A stretch of 62,748 nt of DNA, the filler included, from Stramenopiles sp. TOSAG23-3 (lineage: Eukaryota): assembly GCA_900128585.1 (NCBI GenBank). It is 5 parts of 5 records of this genome, joined end to end, with 100 filler letters (N's around TTAATTAATTAA, not from the genome) between each part and the next. Parts side by side here need not be neighbours in the genome. Positions count along the whole stretch, not along the records: positions 39,177 to 58,597 come from LT642401.1; positions 58,698 to 60,673 come from LT645191.1; positions 60,774 to 62,748 come from LT645192.1; 2 more parts are not named here. One strand, written 5' to 3'. The translations under genes were made by a program, and so were the position numbers. The notes beneath the pieces were generated by a model. The model was not told the DNA's origin. It saw nothing but the letters and a program-made list of their open reading frames with translations, and did no database searches. Below, piece after piece: positions 57,343 to 62,748 of the stretch; the first letter of the stretch is position 1; the number at the start of each line of letters is the position of its first letter.

Positions 57343-58513
57343 TCAATCAGAATTGCTGCTGCTGTCGTCGGAACTAGACTCGTCACTGGAACTTGTGTTG
57401 CTTGAAAGCACAGGCTTTTCCAATTTTTGCACGCCATGTAACTCATCATGGCTGCCGTCGGAGTTGTTACCACCTCTCGGAAGACTTGCGGTCTCTACCA
57501 TGCCCTTGTTCTTGTCGTCATCGCTGCTTACATGGGCATGACTCGAATCGTCAGAAAATTCCACCTTTTCTTCCTTAACGACTTCGCCTGTATCGCTCCT
57601 TCGAGAATGGTCGGCCTCACTGGTATTCGACGAAGTGCTGCTGCTGCTACTATTGGTGCTGTCTGAACTGCTATTTGTGGCGACCAAATCATCACTGCTT
57701 TCAAATGACATTTCCCTGGCATCGCTCTCGTCTGATTTTTCACTTACAGTAAGTTCGTCCGTGTTGGGCCTGGTTATATCATCACTGCTATTCGCATTCG
57801 GGGCACCATTTTCGGGTTGGTTCGATGGTGAGAGAGCAAAAGACGCTTCAATCGCACCCTCCATCGCGCCGTCGTCACTGGCATACTCTACATCGCTGCT
57901 ACTTTGGCCGTCCTCAACCGTTTCCTCGGAAACGTTGTCGGTATTGCCCGCGCTTTCACTGGAAGAGATCATGTGCGAAGACGTAGAGTTGGACAGAGAT
58001 GAAGACCCCCCTGACGATGTCGAGCTTGCATTTGAAGAGGATGCAGTGAATCCCGACGACGTCGAAGGATCGTCGGAACCTTCCGCCTCCATCGCGTTTA
58101 GTAACTTTTTGTACTCTTTTGATCTCATATCATCTTTTGTCTCCCCAATACTTTGGGTGGCTGGGGATACTTTGACAAGGCCCTCTAAACTGAACTTCTG
58201 TTTTTTGGTTTTCCAAGGTGGCTGCGAGGATTTGATTTGCCTCTGTTGATTGATGAGTTTGCCCTTGAAACCCTTCACTTTTGACCACATGACAGCGCGT
58301 TTTGTCTTCTTTCTTAGACGCGAAATTTTTATCTCATACAAAAATGCAGCAATGAAGTAAAGGATGCTAAATACAATGACAATGATGCTGGTATATGCAA
58401 GTACCATACCACGAAGGGGGGTATTGCCGTCGTTTAAGAAGGGAGAATCAAACATTATACCGGACAAACAAACAAACACCCCACAAGACAACAACACGTT
58501 TTCCACCGAATTT
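57343..58513 (-). CDS. Terminal exon of a multi-pass membrane protein with Ser/Asp-rich tail (upstream lost in gap)
   Basis: Two TM helices then a disordered tail. Preceded on the minus strand by an ACTAACAC branch, T-tract and CAG acceptor ending at 58514. Confidence 0.75.
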
Positions 58514-58697
58514 CTGTTCAGACAAAAAAAGCGTGTTAGTAAAAGGCCCAGCGGAGAAATTGTTACAAAGGAGGAATTGAATTAGGAGAGGGGGGGGNNN
58601 NNNNNNNNNNNNNNNNNNNNNNNNNNNNNNNNNNNNNNNNNTTAATTAATTAANNNNNNNNNNNNNNNNNNNNNNNNNNNNNNNNNNNNNNNNNNNN

Positions 58698-60485
58698 GTT
58701 AGGGATAAGGTCTCTGACACGTTTGGCGGCGCTGCGTCCAAGGAGAAAGCCGCTCGGGACGAAGTTGGTGGTCTGAATCAAATTTTCGGGGAAGGGTTGG
58801 GGATGGTGGAAACTACCGTGGACGACGACACGCTGTCTACGGGAGCATCGGATGTCCAGCACCTGACCAGCATCCACGTGGTCAAATCGTTGTTTTACGG
58901 CTTGCTGAACGGTTTCTTTGCGGGCATGATGGACGATATGAGCGATGACTTTAACGACGAATCCTGTGATACGACGGGCATCAAAACGTCGTTCAAGGAC
59001 CTTGCCGGTAAGCTAGCGGGCATGTGGGACACCGTGGTAGATGCTTGGAAGCACGTGTGGACGGACGAGGGCCGGGATCAGTTAGCTGATGCCGTCAAAC
59101 TGACATTCATATCGCTCAAGAACATGTTCGGCGCGATGTTTCAGTACGTGGTTACGTGCCGAGGAATGAAAACGATTCTGTTCATGGTTGGAATTATTTC
59201 GGTCGCTTTCGCGTTGAACGCCCTTATTATCGCTGCGGGCTTGGTGGTCATTCCCATCATAATCAAGCTTGCCGGAATAATCCTTGAGATCGTTACCAGC
59301 GTTCCCTACCTGGCCGGGCTCATCAAGCAGGTGCTTGCCCAAATTAAGCTGGTAGTGAAGGGTGCGTGCAAGCTCGATTGCAAGAGAATGTTCATCCAAA
59401 GCTTCGCAGAAGTTATTGGGTTCTTTGCCCAGGTGATACTGATGTCGGGCGATATTTTGAAACTTGCACCAAAAAAAGCTGGGCAAAAGTTCGGCAGATT
59501 CAAATGGAACCCGCAATTTGTTGACGACATGAAACTGCTGAAAGGCAAGATTGGCGCCGCCGACGATGGGGCGAAAATTAAACCGAATATGTTCAACAAG
59601 GGGAGCGCCGGCAGGTTCGGGGACGAAGCTGCGGCCGCGGCCAATAAGGTGGATGAAGTTGCGGACGCCGCGGGGGTGGCAAAGCAGGCCGACGCCGCCG
59701 ACGATGTCGCGGCGGCGAAATATCTGGACGAGAACGGAGACTCCGCGTGGACGAGGCAGCACAAGGCCAACGAGAAGATGAAAGCAGATAACCACGACGC
59801 TTTGAGGAAGAAGATGAAAGCAGATTACGACGAAGCTATGAAGAATCCGGCAGAAGCCGCGGACAGTTGGATAGTAACAAAAGCAGGCGAAGCCACTTCG
59901 GGCAGGGCCACTTTGGACAATCCCGCCAGCTTTGACGAAGCAAAGAAACTTTTAGACGCAGACCAATATGCGTACGATAGATACACGAAAGGCCCGCTGG
60001 ACGACTTCGACGGCATGCAAGAAACGTTCCGTGGTGGCAAGTACAACGTTGCCAAGGTGGATCCCGGCATGGGGGAGGAAACCATCACCCTCTACAGGGC
60101 AGGAAACCACGAGCGCCCGTACGGTAACTTCTGGACGCGCGAGCCCCCTAACAACATTATGGACGTACGGACAAAAGCCGCTGTCAAGCACGAGTGGAAC
60201 AGTTTGGACACTGTATACAAACTTGAAATCAAAGTCAAAGATTTGCCGAAAGAGGGCCTGACAATGTTTGAAGGGAAAGTTGCATCAATGCAAGGTGGTG
60301 TAGATATTGCTAGCCAGAAAAACATCGACAGGCTGGCATATGGCGGTGGAGACCAAATTTTTATCCCGAATAGTCGCACAAAGTTTCAAGATATGGGATT
60401 AAAGCCAGAGAAAATCGGGTACGGTCATGATCCAGTCTTGTTGCAATTGAAAAGCAATCGCAAAGGTGTACGAGCTGCAATGTAA
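58698..60485 (+). CDS. Membrane protein with C-terminal bacterial polymorphic-toxin-like domain (TNT/ART-like), 5'-truncated
   Basis: Frame open from the gap. Hydrophobic helices, an Ala/Asp linker, then GPL...TFRGGKY...LYRAG...GNFWTREPP...AVKHEWN...FEGKVA.MQ...GGGDQIFIP. Confidence 0.75.
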   Translation, partial: VRDKVSDTFGGAASKEKAARDEVGGLNQIFGEGLGMVETTVDDDTLSTGASDVQHLTSIHVVKSLFYGLLNGFFAGMMDDMSDDFNDESCDTTGIKTSFKDLAGKLAGMWDTVVDAWKHVWTDEGRDQLADAVKLTFISLKNMFGAMFQYVVTCRGMKTILFMVGIISVAFALNALIIAAGLVVIPIIIKLAGIILEIVTSVPYLAGLIKQVLAQIKLVVKGACKLDCKRMFIQSFAEVIGFFAQVILMSGDILKLAPKKAGQKFGRFKWNPQFVDDMKLLKGKIGAADDGAKIKPNMFNKGSAGRFGDEAAAAANKVDEVADAAGVAKQADAADDVAAAKYLDENGDSAWTRQHKANEKMKADNHDALRKKMKADYDEAMKNPAEAADSWIVTKAGEATSGRATLDNPASFDEAKKLLDADQYAYDRYTKGPLDDFDGMQETFRGGKYNVAKVDPGMGEETITLYRAGNHERPYGNFWTREPPNNIMDVRTKAAVKHEWNSLDTVYKLEIKVKDLPKEGLTMFEGKVASMQGGVDIASQKNIDRLAYGGGDQIFIPNSRTKFQDMGLKPEKIGYGHDPVLLQLKSNRKGVRAAM

Positions 60486-60535
60486 ATTTTCTTTCTAAGA
60501 ACTAATACACCAATCTGTCTTATTAAATGCATGAT

Positions 60536-60647
60536 AAACAAATTATATAGTATGTGTTAAATGCATGATAAGTTTAAAACAAGAAAATTGGCTGTTAAGT
60601 AATTAAATTTAGCTTCGTCATACCCTAATCCTAACTTGGTTCTGTAA
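60536..60647 (-). mobile_element. Repeat family copy (B fragment, inverted A plus C)
   Basis: 60597-60647 is the reverse complement of 2238-2288 with 2 mismatches. 60576-60597 is inverted module A. Confidence 0.7.
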
Positions 60648-60993
60648 TTTCGTCTCATTGATGATTGTCAATCNNNNNNNNNNNNNNNNNNNNNNNNNNN
60701 NNNNNNNNNNNNNNNNNTTAATTAATTAANNNNNNNNNNNNNNNNNNNNNNNNNNNNNNNNNNNNNNNNNNNNTCTCAATATAAAATAAAATATTATTAT
60801 TATTATATTATTTAAGAAAAACTCTCTCTCTTTTTTGTATGATGTATTTTGTATGAAGTTAACAAATAAGAAAGGAAAAATTGCCATGTGTTCCACAAGC
60901 TGAGGATGAATTTCTATCGTTTGCAATTTTGAAGTATAACGTTATTTCGTTCTGCCGAAAGGGTTAGGGCGCACAGTTTCCTATCTGCTCACG

Positions 60994-62541
60994 ATGGCAA
61001 CTTTTGCAGAGGAGGACTTGTTCGGGTCGAGTTCGGAGGAAGAGGAAGAAATCGTTGAAGGCACTGTTGACGATAGTGTTGCGGACGAAGACGGGCGGGT
61101 AAAGGCGGCGTTCCTCGAGTCTTTGCTGCCTACGAATTATAGCGTCCCAGCCGCCCAAAGGGCGACAAAAGTAAGGGTTGGTGGCCTTGGGAAGTCTCGG
61201 GAGAACTATTTCGACGATAATTTTTCTACCCCGTTCGCAGCGAAAGAGACCCTGCTGTATCGGCACGAGTCCCTTGGGTTCAAGGGGGACTTTGCAGGAG
61301 GCGAACGGGGTGGTGGTCGCGGCTTTGTCGCCATCGCAGACATATACCCTGGAACACTCCTCTTAGCGGAGCGCATGTACATACCGGCGAGTTTGCAACG
61401 CGCCCCCCAGCCGCCGTCCCAGGCCCAGCTCTCCGACCGCCGCGTCGTTCGGCTTTTGAGGAACATTTTTTTTACGGAGGAAGGGGAGGGGGGAGACACC
61501 GGGCGGCAGCAGAGGACCGTGTCCCAGGCGTTAAAGAATCTCTCTAGCCTGCACCCGCACACTTTTGTTGACATAGAGACAGACCATGCCGAGAAGATTA
61601 AGCAGGAGTATCAGAAAGACATCGATGTGCTCCTTAACAGCGAGGAGGAAGGGATACCGAAAGAGCTGTTGCATCGGTACCAAATAGACGGGGAGAGGTT
61701 GGTGCTCCTGCTCTGCAAACTCCATTTCAACGCCTTTCCAAGCGGGGTGTACCTGCACTTTGCGATGATAAACCACTCGTGCCGACCGAATTGCATCAAG
61801 ATTGCAGCGGACAAAGACAACGACTACAGCTCCTTGAAAGCGATGGAGCTCATCCCGAAGGGCACGGAACTGACCATCGCTTACATAAGTGAATTGGAAT
61901 TGCGGACACGGACCCGCCAAGACCGGCTGCACAAGCAGTTCCGCTTCCACTGCTCGTGCACGCTGTGCACGGACCCTTTCCTGCTGTCCGTGCTGGAGCC
62001 CGCGGGAATGCATACGGAGAAAGAGTCGAACGAGTACGCCATCATAGTGTCCCTTTGCGAGGAGAAAAAAACGTACAAAACGATGAAGCAGCTGGATTAC
62101 CTGGTGCAAGGGAGAGACTCGTACCTGATGCGCACCAAAGAGACCGACATCCTGGTGGCACGGATGAACCGCCTGCTGTGCAGGGCGTGCGAGTCCATCT
62201 TGCGGTACACGAAGGACAGTACAACGGCGAGCGTGTCCCTGTCGATGGACCAGCACCTCCGGCTCCTCGAAGTGTTCCTTCGCGCCCTTTTGATGCTGCG
62301 CAAGAGTGAACTGGCCTACGTTGGCGGCGGCCCAACCTTTCGAACGACCGAAACCTTGTCTCAAATTGCGCACGTGATTAATTCCATCCTCGCCTTTGGC
62401 CTCGCCGGCACCCGCGTGCTGGAGGACGAGACCAAATGCTTTCGAAAGGAATATTTTTCCACGGCATCCAAAGCCGCTGCATTTGGAAGAACATGCGACC
62501 GTATATGCCAGCAAATTTCTCGTCTGTATGAGCACAAATAA
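60994..62541 (+). CDS. SMYD-like SET-domain lysine methyltransferase
   Basis: GRGFVA..DI.PG, INHSCRPNC, ELTIAYI and post-SET FHCSCTLC motifs; no obvious MYND finger. Confidence 0.88.
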   Translation: MATFAEEDLFGSSSEEEEEIVEGTVDDSVADEDGRVKAAFLESLLPTNYSVPAAQRATKVRVGGLGKSRENYFDDNFSTPFAAKETLLYRHESLGFKGDFAGGERGGGRGFVAIADIYPGTLLLAERMYIPASLQRAPQPPSQAQLSDRRVVRLLRNIFFTEEGEGGDTGRQQRTVSQALKNLSSLHPHTFVDIETDHAEKIKQEYQKDIDVLLNSEEEGIPKELLHRYQIDGERLVLLLCKLHFNAFPSGVYLHFAMINHSCRPNCIKIAADKDNDYSSLKAMELIPKGTELTIAYISELELRTRTRQDRLHKQFRFHCSCTLCTDPFLLSVLEPAGMHTEKESNEYAIIVSLCEEKKTYKTMKQLDYLVQGRDSYLMRTKETDILVARMNRLLCRACESILRYTKDSTTASVSLSMDQHLRLLEVFLRALLMLRKSELAYVGGGPTFRTTETLSQIAHVINSILAFGLAGTRVLEDETKCFRKEYFSTASKAAAFGRTCDRICQQISRLYEHK

Positions 62542-62748
62542 AATGCGCACGTGCTCTTTCCTATTAAAGACACAAAAAGAGTACAGCTATTAACAAATAA
62601 AAGATTAAGTTTTCACAACAACAAGTTTTTTTTTTTTGTGCTGGTGAAAAGTGACGACGAGTCGTCCTCTATAAAAAATAATAGAAAAAACTTTTATAGA
62701 AAAAAAAATATTATTTATTAAATATTATTATATTATGAATCTCTTCTT

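Overview
This is eukaryotic nuclear DNA from a gene-dense, intron-poor protist. A heterotrophic stramenopile is my best inference, based on the GEED-type phosphagen kinase and overall gene style. GC-rich coding islands are separated by very AT-rich, microsatellite-laden spacers. The window is a stitched scaffold: four 100-nt gaps contain an artificial TTAATTAATTAA linker, so neighbourhood across them is unproven. About 27 protein genes are present. Recognisable ones are SNAPC3, a tandem telobox-Myb protein, a mitochondrial phosphagen kinase, RRP5, SLBP, N6AMT1/HemK2, La, NSA2, RPS14, EXO1, a SMYD-like SET protein, a GH33 sialidase and GT90/GT32/GT4 glycosyltransferases. Four spliceosomal introns can be placed by eye. 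Most notable: (1) a membrane protein ending in a bacterial polymorphic-toxin-type C-terminal domain (TNT/ART-like NADase motifs) that appears to sit in host DNA; (2) a serine dehydratase fused to a DUF1295 membrane enzyme; (3) a C/D snoRNA (SNORD88/snR76-like guide) inside the RRP5 intron; (4) a perfect 82-bp inverted repeat bracketing three genes; (5) a modular MITE-like repeat family found just downstream of stop codons; (6) a large nuclear protein starting with a histone-H3-like ARTRQ. All family calls come from motif recognition, not database searches.
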